DNA of 32,000 bases from Clostridia bacterium (GCA_034926675.1 JAYFQW010000081.1:1-32000), one strand, 5' to 3'. Shown: positions 1 through 8,616, counted from the stretch's first letter. Made by a program: numbers and translations. Notes: generated from the sequence alone by a model not told the origin.

Positions 1-882
1 GTACACATGCTTCGGTTCGGGGCGTCCGGTCCCGGGCATAGTCATCGAAGTTGGTTTCTCAAAGTGCAGGCTGTATTCGTACGAAGTCTTGTCCCAGGTG
101 CTTGCCTGCCTGTATGCCCAGCTGGCCTCCACTCTATCCAGGGCGTCGTACTTGTACCATGATGCGGCCCAGTCGCCGAACCCCGGGCCCGTCTGCACAG
201 CGCTCCAGAGCAGCCTGCCCGCGATGTCGTATCCCTGGTATGCTAGTCGCTCAGGCTCCCCGACTCTCCGTGGGGCGCTCTCCTTCTCCCATCGGACCGC
301 AGCCGAGTACCCGACCGGCGCCATCTCAGGCGGGGCTGGCGGCAGTGACATGGGGACCGACCCAGCGCTGACGCGCCATACTTCAGAGAACGTCCTGTCA
401 ACATCGCTTACGTTTGCCTCTTTGGGATAGTAGGTTCGTATCCTCCGTCCGAACGCATCGTATTCGTGCTTGGTCTCATGCGCTGTGCCGAACGCATCGT
501 ATTCTCGCACCGCGTATCCCAACGAGTCGTACTGCACACGGGCGACCTGCCGCCAATCTTCCTCTTCCTGCTCCGCGAGGACGAAGCGACCTAGGCCGTC
601 GCATGTCTCCCTGATTCTGTGGCTGCGGTCGTCGGCTATGGGCTCAGCGATTGTGACTGAGAACTTGGAATCGTCGTAGACGCGGCTATACACGGGGCGT
701 TTGGGATCGCCAAGGCTTTGTGCTGGCCTTTCCACTGTCAGAAGCCGCCCGATGCCATCGTAAGTATACCTGTTGTATGATGCATTCGCCGAGGGATCGC
801 CGACGGTGAACTTGTTGTACTGTATCACCCTTCCATACCATCCTTGCGGTCCTGTTCTCGAGCGTCGTGATGCTTGGCCTTG
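1..882 (-). CDS. RHS/YD-repeat protein fragment; no credible 5' end, and the 3' end runs off the left edge of the window
   Basis: Own translation of the minus strand; this frame is absent from the ORF track because it has no stop in the window. It is open from 882 to 1: ...WYGRVIQYNKFTVGDPSANASYNRYTYDGIGRLLTVERPA...RETCDGLGRFVLAEQ...RVQYDSLGYAVREYDAFGTAHETKHEYDAFGRRIRTYYP...YQGYDIAGRLLWS...WYKYDALDRVEAS. Reiterated YDxxGR[LF]-type motifs are typical of YD/RHS repeats. There is an in-frame TAG at 883-885 and no ATG or SD at the 5' end. Confidence 0.7.
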
Positions 883-1903
883 CTAGAACCTTTGCCTTGC
901 CCGAACTCTCAAGCATTCTGATGTGTGTTACGATCTCAAGCGCACTCCTCAGCCACGGCCTTGCCTTGAACACGTCCCCGAATTCCTGCGGCGTGGTTCC
1001 CGGGGGAAGCTCCGTCTCTTTCAGCGCGAGCGTGAACACCGGCTGGCCTTGACTTCCCTGCCAGTCGATGCCCACGGAGCCCATATCGTCGGAATACGCC
1101 TCCACAATCTCGACGTCGAACGAGATCAGGGCTGGAACGCGGTCGAGTTCTCCAATTGCGTTCTCAACCTGATCCATATCTTCGACGGGTGCGGTTACTG
1201 CGATGGCGTTCGCGCCTCTTATGGGCGTCAGCCTTGCTGACTGAAATTGGCCTTGCAGAGACATCGCGGTCTCAGCGGCATCGGCGTAGCAAAGACGGAC
1301 GAGCCGAAAAGCCTGACTCTCGAGCCGACTGTGGGACGGATTCCTAAGGTAGCCATCAAGCGCCGCTCTGACTGCATTTACTTGACTGTACGGACCTCGG
1401 ACCACTACAGCCTTCAACTCAGAGAACGGCTGCGCCTCAATGTCTTTCCCTACTGCCTCTATCAGTGGGAGGATTGACTGAAGATCCCAGGCGGAGACGT
1501 CGAAGACCTGCACCCGCTCATCACGATGTACAGGTCTCCGTCAACCGTTGCCTGGGCGCCCGACGCCCTGGCTATCGTCTCGAGCGTGCTCGAAGGGGAC
1601 GTTTACAAGGCAAACGGTGATCTTCGCGTTGATGGCGTCATCGATAACGATGTTCACGCCAGCAGCCGATGCGAGTTGGGAGATCACCAACCTAGCATCC
1701 TGGGATGCCGCGTTGATGGACACGAGGGGAGAATGCACTTCAGAAGCCGGGCTCGATGCGCAAGCGCAGGAAGCGACACCGCAAGTCGCGCAGAGGAACA
1801 CGACTAGCGCAGCAAGAAGGCGCCACAGGCGGAACGACGCTGTTTGAGCCTCGAGATGAGTGGGAGCGGACCTGCGAGAAACTGCCTCGGCCATGGCTTC
1901 CAC
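686..1903 (-). pseudogene. PilQ/GspD-family secretin, disrupted: in-frame TGA, local frame excursion, C-terminal secretin domain missing
   Basis: ORF 1541-1903 has a signal peptide (FRLWRLLAALVVFLCATCGVASCA) and an N0-like domain (SINAASQDARLVISQLASAAGVNIVIDDAINAKITVCLVNVPFEH). It ends at TGA 1541-1543, in the same frame as ORF 686-1513. ORF 686-1513 carries two secretin N-domain repeats (FRLVRLCYADAAETAMSL...ANAIAVTAPVEDMDQVENAIGELD) and only the first ~25 aa of the secretin domain (LESSGKAKVLARPSITTLENRTARM). Between ~1500 and 1590 the canonical continuation LETIARASGAQATVDGDLYIVMSG is in another frame. Confidence 0.75.
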
Positions 1904-2435
1904 CTCGCGTGCATAGCCACATGGCAGCGAACACTAGCACATAGAAGGTGAGAGCATCTTGCAGGATTTGTGGCTTGATTCTTTGGCACTTACAGATTCC
2001 TCCCACTATTTAGCGATTCCTCCTTGCAACAGCTCGCGAAATCACTACAGATATCTATGAATTATGTGATTCTTCGATGGCCTTTGTAAGGGTATCATCT
2101 TCACTGCCCTAACCATCCCAACCGAAAACTAACAGAAATCGCGCGCCTTCTTCAAGTTCCACTCTGCGACTGATGCCTTCGTCTTGGACAACTGGCGCTG
2201 CCGCGATCGCCGTTGGGGACTCTGACCCGGCAGGTCTCGATCGCGTCAGGTACACCACCAATGAGTGTAGGCACACCCGCAGGCGTGCCCACCGCGCGCC
2301 AAGCCATCGGTTCTTCGCATTTGCCTGGACCTCGCCAGCCCTACTGCGAAGCTACAGAGAGTTGGCGGGCGGGTTCTAGCTTTGTCCGGACTGAATATGC
2401 TCTACAGGTGGCTTTGCGCCCCTGGAGGTACGGCT

Positions 2436-3407
2436 GTGGGGAGGTTCCTGTGTATCGCTGCGCTGCTGTGCGTACTCGTAATAGTCGCAGTTCCGAGTGG
2501 GATTGCCCTGCTCATTGGGTCGCCGAACCGGGATCGCGAGGGGATCATGAGCATTTCCCTGTACGATTCCAGCACGGGCGCAATCAGGCGGATGACTCTC
2601 CAGGAGTACCTTGTGGGTGTGGTCGCTGCGGAGATGCCTGCCTCATTCGGATATGAGGCCCTGAAGGCGCAGGCGGTGGCTGCGAGGACCTACACTATCC
2701 GCAGGATCATCCAGAACAGGGAGGCGCCGTGCGACGCACACAGGGGAGCGGACATGTGCAGCGATCCCGGGCACTGCCAGGCGTGGTGTTCCAGAGAAGA
2801 GCTTGTCCGGAAATGGGGTGTGGCATCGTACATATCCAATGTGCGGACTATCATCGGGGCAGTCGCCGACACGGATGGTCTTGTGATGACATATCAGGGC
2901 CAGCTCATTGATGCCGTGTACCATTCCTGCTGCGGAGGAGTCACTGAGGACGCGGCAGATGTCTGGGGCCGGAAGGCGCCTTATCTGGTCCCTGTGAGAT
3001 GCGATTACGAGGGAAGGGCAGGAGGGCTTACAGAATCAAAGACCTTCACCAGCGCTCAACTCATCGCAGCATTGGGAATCAGGGATCGGGCGGTTCCGAC
3101 GCTCTCTTCTGGAGTGAGGGTGGCGGCGACGACCCCCACTGCACGAGCCAGTGTGGTTTCGGTGTACGGCGTGCCTGTGCTGGCAGCCGACCTCCGTCGG
3201 GCTCTCTCCTTGAAATCCACTGCGCTTGCGGTGCGCAGTGATAGCGGCAAAGTCACGTTCACTACTAGAGGATACGGCCACGGCGTCGGGATGTGTCAGT
3301 GGGGAGCAGATGGCATGGCAGCTGCCGGCATCAGTTTCGACCGCATTCTCCTGCATTACTATACCGGGGTTCAGATTCAGAGAATCCGGTTGGGGCCTGG
3401 GGAATAG
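2436..3407 (+). CDS. spoIID: Stage II sporulation protein D (SpoIID, lytic transglycosylase / amidase-enhancer family)
   Basis: Family motifs: LQEYLVGVVAAEMPASFGYEALKAQAVAARTY, AVYHSCCGGVTEDAADVWG, GYGHGVGMCQWGADGMAAAG. It has an N-terminal TM anchor. I prefer the GTG start at 2436, preceded by GGAGG at 2424-2428. The ORF track allows TTG 2382 or ATG 2397. Confidence 0.9.
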   Translation: MGRFLCIAALLCVLVIVAVPSGIALLIGSPNRDREGIMSISLYDSSTGAIRRMTLQEYLVGVVAAEMPASFGYEALKAQAVAARTYTIRRIIQNREAPCDAHRGADMCSDPGHCQAWCSREELVRKWGVASYISNVRTIIGAVADTDGLVMTYQGQLIDAVYHSCCGGVTEDAADVWGRKAPYLVPVRCDYEGRAGGLTESKTFTSAQLIAALGIRDRAVPTLSSGVRVAATTPTARASVVSVYGVPVLAADLRRALSLKSTALAVRSDSGKVTFTTRGYGHGVGMCQWGADGMAAAGISFDRILLHYYTGVQIQRIRLGPGE

Positions 3408-3493
3408 ACACACCATGGCTTCCGTGGCCTTCGGCCTGGAAGTCACGCATACCCCTGCCTGCCTCGGGGAAGAATTCGCCCCGAGGTGGTTTC

Positions 3494-4111
3494 ATGCTCA
3501 GGAAGAAGATCTCTGCGCGTTTGGTCGTAATTACGGCTGTCGCCGCAGTGTCGTTGTGTATCGGCTATTCTGCGGCCCTCGTCTGGCCATGGCGCGCCAC
3601 GGCGCCAACTGGTCCTCAGGTGACTGCGGCTGGGATCAAGACTGACACCGGGGACACCTGGATCTCTGCAGGCCTAGATGCAGCTACGCCGGTCAGCGCT
3701 CCGGCGCCAAGAAGGCCAGAGACGATGACGATGCCAGTTCAGGGGAAGGTGGTCGCGGACTATGGCTGGCAGCGGGATCCCATCCTTTCGGACTGGCGAT
3801 TCAGGGACGGAATCGACATTCTGTGTGACGCGGGTGCGCAGGCGTCAGCAGCACTATCAGGCACGGTGCGCGAGGCAGCTGGGAATGGATCATCCGGCTT
3901 CACAGTAGTCCTGGAACACAGGGGCGGAGTCTCAACGGTCTACGCCAATCTCAGGACGCTTTTGGTATCCACGGGCGACTCAGTGGAACAGGGGTCTGGC
4001 ATAGGGGATGTGGGGGCATCGCCTGAGGCAGGCGGCAGCGTGCTTCGATTCAAGGTCGAGTGCGAGGGGGAGCTCAGAGATCCCGCGTCCTGCATGGGGC
4101 TTGTGTTCTAG
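3494..4111 (+). CDS. Membrane-anchored degenerate LytM/M23 domain protein, SpoIIQ-like
   Basis: ATG 3494 follows GAGGTGG. N-terminal TM: MLRKKISARLVVITAVAAVSLCIGY. The C-terminal M23 fold is recognisable but the metal/catalytic positions are substituted. WRFRDGIDI replaces HxGxD, YANL replaces YxHL, and SVLRFKVE replaces HLHFE. It sits between spoIID and spoIIID. The upstream part of track ORF 3293-4111 overlaps spoIID and is rejected. Confidence 0.6.
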   Translation: MLRKKISARLVVITAVAAVSLCIGYSAALVWPWRATAPTGPQVTAAGIKTDTGDTWISAGLDAATPVSAPAPRRPETMTMPVQGKVVADYGWQRDPILSDWRFRDGIDILCDAGAQASAALSGTVREAAGNGSSGFTVVLEHRGGVSTVYANLRTLLVSTGDSVEQGSGIGDVGASPEAGGSVLRFKVECEGELRDPASCMGLVF

Positions 4112-4123
4112 CTGAGGAATAAT

Positions 4124-4165
4124 CCCTCCCTGTACGAATACCTATCTAGCAAACGACAGGGAGGG
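4124..4165 (+). promoter_or_regulatory. Perfect 10-bp inverted repeat (CCCTCCCTGT-N22-ACAGGGAGGG); the right arm overlaps the spoIIID Shine-Dalgarno region
   Basis: Arms at 4124-4133 and 4156-4165 are exact reverse complements. GGGAGGGAGG at 4159-4168 is the only SD-like element before ATG 4180. No U-tract follows. Confidence 0.4.
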
Positions 4166-4179
4166 AGGCCGGACGACAC

Positions 4180-4437
4180 ATGAGGGAGTACATTCGTCGG
4201 CGCGTCCTTGAAATAACTGACCACATGATTGAGACCAAGGCCACGGTGCGCCAGACGGCGCGCCTGTTTAATGTGAGCAAGAGTACTGTTCACAAGGATG
4301 TGACCGAGAGGCTTCCCTCGATCAACAAGCAGCTTGCACGCAAAGTAAAGAAAATTCTTGACCAAAACAAGGCCGAGAGGCATATCAGAGGGGGCGAGGC
4401 GACCAGAAGGAAGTACCGCACCGCTCTCCATAGCTGA
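4180..4437 (+). CDS. spoIIID: Sporulation transcriptional regulator SpoIIID (small HTH protein)
   Basis: 85 aa: MREYIRRRVLEITDHMIETKATVRQTARLFNVSKSTVHKDVTERLPSINKQLARKVKKILDQNKAERHIRGGEATRRKY. This is the characteristic SpoIIID sequence and size. An mreB/mbl homologue lies immediately downstream, as in Bacillus subtilis. Confidence 0.9.
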   Translation: MREYIRRRVLEITDHMIETKATVRQTARLFNVSKSTVHKDVTERLPSINKQLARKVKKILDQNKAERHIRGGEATRRKYRTALHS

Positions 4438-4550
4438 TGTATGATGGAAGGTGAAACCGGACTGAGGCCGAATTCTACCGAAATCCAGAGGATGACCCGC
4501 AGTGACTGGTTCAAGCTGGTCATTCCCCTGGCACACCCGGGGGTAGCGGA

Positions 4551-5561
4551 ATGGCGTGGTCACAGATGGACATGGGAATCGACTTAGGCACTGAGAACAT
4601 CCGGGTCTTCGTTCGAGGGCGGGGAGTGGTTATCGACGAGCGCTCAGTAGTGGCAGTGCACGCCCGGACCGGCCAGTTCCTCGAGGCCGGGAACCGAGCG
4701 AGCGAAGCTCTGTACAAGGACCCATACGAGAGGAAACTCATCAAGCCGATTTCAGCCGGGGCGATCTCTCGATATGATGGTGCGCTGATGATACTGAGGT
4801 GGGCCATTGCCAGGGCCATTGGCGGCGCGGTCATCCGCCCCAGAGTGGTATTGTCGGCGCCGTCGCGTGCAACCGACGTGGAGAGGCGAGCTTTGAGGCA
4901 GGCCGCGATGGAGGCTGGGGCGCGTGAGATCGCTATGATCGAGGCCCCGATGGCCGCTGCGATTGGCGCCGGCATAGATGTGTTCGAATCCACAGGGCAT
5001 ATGGTTGTAGACATAGGAGCAGGTGTAACCGATATTGGCGTGATAGCCATCGGCGGGCTGGTTGCTGGGGACAGGCTCGACACTGGAGGAGACAGCTTCG
5101 ATAAGGCCCTGATAAGGTACGTTCGCTCGTCGAGGAACCTGATGTTAGGAGACCGGGCCGCAGAATGCATGAAGGCGGAAGTGGGAGCGGCGCATGGCGG
5201 CGTCGCTGCCCTTTCCATGATAGTGCATGGGCGCGATCTCGCCTCGGGCCTCCCAAGGGAGGCCAGTGTGACATCGCAGGAGATCTCCGAAGCACTGTCA
5301 GCGTGCTTGCGGGACATCTCCGATGCGGTAAGATGTGTAATAGAAGCAACACCGCCTGAGCTAATAGCGGATATCTCTGAGCACGGCATACTCCTTACTG
5401 GCGGAGCATCGCGCCTGCGAGGAATCGCCGATTGTGTCGGGGAAGCGGCAGGTGTTCGCGCGCTGGTCGCTCCTGACCCCGCGAGGTGCGTGATTAACGG
5501 CCTTGGAAGGTTCGCAGAGGGCATGGACCTGCGCGTGACATCCAGCGTCAAAAGAGTATGA
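4551..5561 (+). CDS. mreB: Actin-like rod-shape protein MreB/Mbl family (divergent)
   Basis: Motifs: GIDLGTENIRVFV, ERRALRQAAMEAGAREIAMIEAPMAAAIGAGI, MVVDIGAGVTDIGVIAIGG, GGDSFDKALIRYV, ATPPELIADISEHGILLTGGASRLRGI. The start could also be ATG 4566 or 4572. Confidence 0.85.
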   Translation: MAWSQMDMGIDLGTENIRVFVRGRGVVIDERSVVAVHARTGQFLEAGNRASEALYKDPYERKLIKPISAGAISRYDGALMILRWAIARAIGGAVIRPRVVLSAPSRATDVERRALRQAAMEAGAREIAMIEAPMAAAIGAGIDVFESTGHMVVDIGAGVTDIGVIAIGGLVAGDRLDTGGDSFDKALIRYVRSSRNLMLGDRAAECMKAEVGAAHGGVAALSMIVHGRDLASGLPREASVTSQEISEALSACLRDISDAVRCVIEATPPELIADISEHGILLTGGASRLRGIADCVGEAAGVRALVAPDPARCVINGLGRFAEGMDLRVTSSVKRV

Positions 5562-5592
5562 TTGGTCTAGTCAACAGGCATCGAGAGGAGCG

Positions 5593-7491
5593 TTGCGTCG
5601 AGTGTTTAGGAGGATTTCGTCTGGGAGATTTCTTGCCTTCGCGGTCATCGCTTGCATTGTCGTCCTTTGGGCGCATTCACCGGCCATGGCCGCCTCCAGC
5701 GGTGTGCCTACCATGGGTGTTCACGAACTCACTCCTGGTATGGCGGCATCCGGCAGGACGGTCTTCGCAGGAACGGCGCCGGAGGACTTCCCAGTGGAGA
5801 TCCTCGGAGTGCTTCCCGGGGCCGGACAGGTCGGAGATCTCGTGCTGATCCGGGCTTTTGGTCCTGCCATTGATAAGGCAGGAGGCATAGCTGAGGGCAT
5901 GAGCGGCAGCCCGGTGTATGTCGACGGGAAGCTGATCGGCGCAATAGCATTCGTTTTCCCGTCGGGGGATCAGTCAGTGGGGATGGTTACGCCAATTGCG
6001 GACATGATGAGGATGCTGTCGTATCCAGACAATGCTGATCGAAGCGCATCAGTTTGGACAGGCGCTCCCCTAGGCCTTGTCGCATCTACGGTGATGGTGA
6101 GTGGCCTATCCGGCAGGGCATACGATAGACTAGCGGATTCGCTGAAGAAGCTCGGAATTGCGGCCAGGCAGGGCGCTGCATACACAGCTGCTGCGGGGGT
6201 CAGTGGAAATGGATCGTTTGCCAGCGGCTTGTCACAGGTCGAGCCCATAATTCCAGGCTCTGCCATAGGGGTGCAGCTTGCGCAGGGAGATATCGAGATC
6301 ACTTCATTCGGGACTGTTACGTACGTCGAAGGGGACAGGTTCCTTGCGTTCGGCCACCCTCTGCGCGGTGTGGGTGTGACTGACCTTCCTGCGTGCTCAG
6401 CGTATGTGCATGGCGTGTTCAAATCGAACGCATCGCCGTTCAAGGTGATGTCGTCAGGACGTCAGGTCGGAGCATTCAGTCAGGACCGCCTGACTGGCAT
6501 GCTGGGCAGGACTGGCGCGAATGCGGCGATGACGCCCGTCAGGGTGCGGGTGGTTGACGGGGAGACGGGACGCGAGAAGGAGACCATCGCACGGATTACC
6601 ACAGATGACCTGATCATTGCCGACGTATTCGGCTCCGCAGTTCTGGCCGCAACCGACCGCACGCTCGAGCGAGTTGGAAAGGGCGCAGCAACCGTCACTC
6701 TCAAGGTAGACCTGGACGGCAGGGAACCTTTCGAGCGGATCAACACGTTCTGTAGTAATTCGGATGTAGCTGGGGCGAGCGCGTCGGAGGCTGTGGACAT
6801 CGTAAACCTGATCGCTTCCAACACCATTGAGAGGGCGAAGATCTCGGGCATCGATCTGGTCGTGCAGGTGGACCCGGTGCGCCGCACTGCCGCCATAGAG
6901 AAGGTCAAAGTGGCTCAGAATCAGGTGAAGCCAGGCGACACCATCGATGTGGAGGTGACTCTGAGAGAGTACCGTGGAGAGAGAATCGTAAAGACGGTGC
7001 AACTGGCAATCCCAGAGGATGTGCCGGGCGGTCCGATCTCCATATGTGTGAGGGGTGGAAGCCCTGCATACGATGAGGAGGATTACAGCTGCCTCCCACC
7101 GACCATCGAAGAGCTTCTCAAGATGGATCTGGACACAATGCTTGAGAAGCTTGGCGCCCGCTACCGCGGGAACGAGCTTGTCGTGGAACTTGAGCCATAC
7201 TATACCGACGAAGCCGGGACGCCTGGCAAGGAGGCGCCTGCCCATGACGCTTCCGGGGAACCGCAGCCCCATCGGGGCAACCCGCTGGATTCTGCCAAGG
7301 GCATGGATAAGCAGCAGGATAAGGCGGCCAAGCCGACTATCGCGCCTCCTGAAGAGGAACTGTCTCCTGAGCCTGTGGTGTCGAAAGTAGCGACAGACTG
7401 GGTCATCGAGGGGATCAGGTGGGCAACTGTTGAGATAGAAACACCTGTGGATGACGTCCCCATTGCGGACGAGACTGCATCCGACTGGTAA
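5593..7491 (+). CDS. Secreted peptidase S55 (SpoIVB-family) domain protein with a long C-terminal extension
   Basis: Signal peptide: FLAFAVIACIVVLWAHSPAMA|A. The block DLVLIRAFGPAIDKAGGIAEGMSGSPVYVDGKLIGAIAFVF...GMVTPIADMMRML matches the SpoIVB serine-motif region ([26 protein letters not shown]...IEWML). A later block GTVTYVEGDRFLAFGHPL resembles the SpoIVB histidine-motif region. No PDZ domain is obvious. Confidence 0.7.
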   Translation: MRRVFRRISSGRFLAFAVIACIVVLWAHSPAMAASSGVPTMGVHELTPGMAASGRTVFAGTAPEDFPVEILGVLPGAGQVGDLVLIRAFGPAIDKAGGIAEGMSGSPVYVDGKLIGAIAFVFPSGDQSVGMVTPIADMMRMLSYPDNADRSASVWTGAPLGLVASTVMVSGLSGRAYDRLADSLKKLGIAARQGAAYTAAAGVSGNGSFASGLSQVEPIIPGSAIGVQLAQGDIEITSFGTVTYVEGDRFLAFGHPLRGVGVTDLPACSAYVHGVFKSNASPFKVMSSGRQVGAFSQDRLTGMLGRTGANAAMTPVRVRVVDGETGREKETIARITTDDLIIADVFGSAVLAATDRTLERVGKGAATVTLKVDLDGREPFERINTFCSNSDVAGASASEAVDIVNLIASNTIERAKISGIDLVVQVDPVRRTAAIEKVKVAQNQVKPGDTIDVEVTLREYRGERIVKTVQLAIPEDVPGGPISICVRGGSPAYDEEDYSCLPPTIEELLKMDLDTMLEKLGARYRGNELVVELEPYYTDEAGTPGKEAPAHDASGEPQPHRGNPLDSAKGMDKQQDKAAKPTIAPPEEELSPEPVVSKVATDWVIEGIRWATVEIETPVDDVPIADETASDW

Positions 7492-7505
7492 GCTGGGATG
7501 GACGC

Positions 7506-8543
7506 CTACGCCAACTGCCCGGGTTGTCTTGAGAAGACGGCTCGGGCCTTTCGCTGTTCAGCAAACCATCGCAGTGAATCAGAGATCGAATCCCGAAGCG
7601 GCCTTGGTGAGTATCCCAGCTCTCTTCTGGCCTTCGCGCTGCTTATGTCGCAGTTCGACAGCAGCGTTTCGATGGAATACTTGGTGATGCGAGTTGGGAT
7701 CCGCGTCAGAGCCGAGACCGTCATTGCTACGTGAGCCGCGACCCGAGCAAGCCACGCCGGAATCCTCACGCGAGTGATCCGACGCCTGCCAGATACCTCA
7801 TCGACTACCCGGCCCAGATTCGCTACAGTGATGCACTCGCCGGACAGAATATAGGTCTCGCCAGGCCTGCCTTTCTCGCATGCGAGTATGTGGCCGATGG
7901 CGACATCACGGACATCAACGAAATCGTAAGCTCCTTCCGGGACGGCTCTGAGGGAGCCCGATGCGAGATCCAGAAGCACCTGGCCCATTATGGATACACG
8001 GTAGTCGTAAGGACCGATCACCCCTGTGGGGCAGACGATCACCGCGTTCAACCCGCGCTTGGCCGCGTTGAGCACTGCCAGAGAGGCGTGGGCCTTTGAC
8101 CTGTCATACCCACCCCTGGAGCGGTTGGGATCGAATCCGCACGATTCGTCGATGGTGCGGCCCTTCGGCGGCTCTACCAGGGAATGAATGGAGCTGGTGT
8201 ACACGAGCTTCTTTACCCCTGCACGTTCCACCGCAGCAATGACGTTGATTGTTCCCTCAACGTTTACTCTGTTCACAAGCGCCTCCTGCTCAGGGGAGAT
8301 CACCACGAGGCCTGCGACGTGGTAGACGGCCTCGGCGCCAGAAAACGCCCTGTCGAGGGAATCCGGATCCAGTATGTCTCCGCGGACCACATCTACATCC
8401 AGCCCTGAGATGGCGCCCGTATCTTCAGACGGCAGAACCAGGGCCCTTACCTGTTTTCCGCGGGCCAATAGCTCCCGAACCAGCACATTCCCGATGTGGC
8501 CAGTTGCGCCTGTCACGACGATCATTTCACGCTCATCCTCCAA
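7506..8543 (-). CDS. NAD(P)-dependent epimerase/dehydratase (extended SDR family)
   Basis: N-terminal Rossmann motif MIVVTGATGHIGNVLVRELLARG, a YxxxK-type centre (GGYDRSKAHA) and ~345 aa length. Convergent with the S55 gene and divergent from tamB. Confidence 0.8.
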   Translation of the reverse strand: MEDEREMIVVTGATGHIGNVLVRELLARGKQVRALVLPSEDTGAISGLDVDVVRGDILDPDSLDRAFSGAEAVYHVAGLVVISPEQEALVNRVNVEGTINVIAAVERAGVKKLVYTSSIHSLVEPPKGRTIDESCGFDPNRSRGGYDRSKAHASLAVLNAAKRGLNAVIVCPTGVIGPYDYRVSIMGQVLLDLASGSLRAVPEGAYDFVDVRDVAIGHILACEKGRPGETYILSGECITVANLGRVVDEVSGRRRITRVRIPAWLARVAAHVAMTVSALTRIPTRITKYSIETLLSNCDISSAKARRELGYSPRPLRDSISDSLRWFAEQRKARAVFSRQPGQLA

Positions 8544-8616
8544 ACATACGGCGCTGGCCGAGCCCGCGGGGCGCCCGCATGAACAGGCGGCAACGATGTT
8601 CCGCCAGGCCTCGGCG

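Noticed and set aside
51-679. Plus-strand ORFs 51-371, 89-430, 414-614 and 470-679.
   Set aside because: They are antisense to a minus-strand frame that encodes clear YD/RHS repeats. Their products are Pro/Arg/Ser-rich with no motifs.
1541-1543. In-frame TGA in the secretin as possible selenocysteine or programmed read-through.
   Set aside because: The flanking in-frame peptide is nonsense, while an alternative frame carries the expected conserved domain sequence. An indel pair explains the data better, and no SECIS-like context was evident.
1740-2006. Two SD-like GGAGGAATC repeats 20 nt apart on the minus strand (complement of 1995-2003 and 2015-2023), preceding small ORFs 1804-1989 and 1740-2006.
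   Set aside because: These ORFs overlap the secretin N-terminus in other frames and translate to Cys/Arg-rich sequence without motifs. The repeats more likely belong to the secretin 5' UTR, and the function of the duplication is unproven.
1904-2435. AT-richer divergent intergenic region searched for sigma-E/sigma-K type sporulation promoters upstream of spoIID.
   Set aside because: No match to the CATACA-T type -10 with an appropriately spaced -35 was found. Only weak sigma-A-like hexamers (TTGCAA at 2025) occur, without a partner.
4520-5551. 343-aa ORF antisense to mreB. Similar long antisense ORFs occur at 6454-7272, 8779-9681, 10306-10965, 16777-17475, 19807-20430, 24472-24951 and 26536-27372.
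   Set aside because: Each lies opposite a gene with strong family motifs. The translations are Arg/Ser/Pro/Ala-rich low-complexity sequence, typical of the stop-poor antisense frames of high-GC DNA. They have no SD or recognisable domains.
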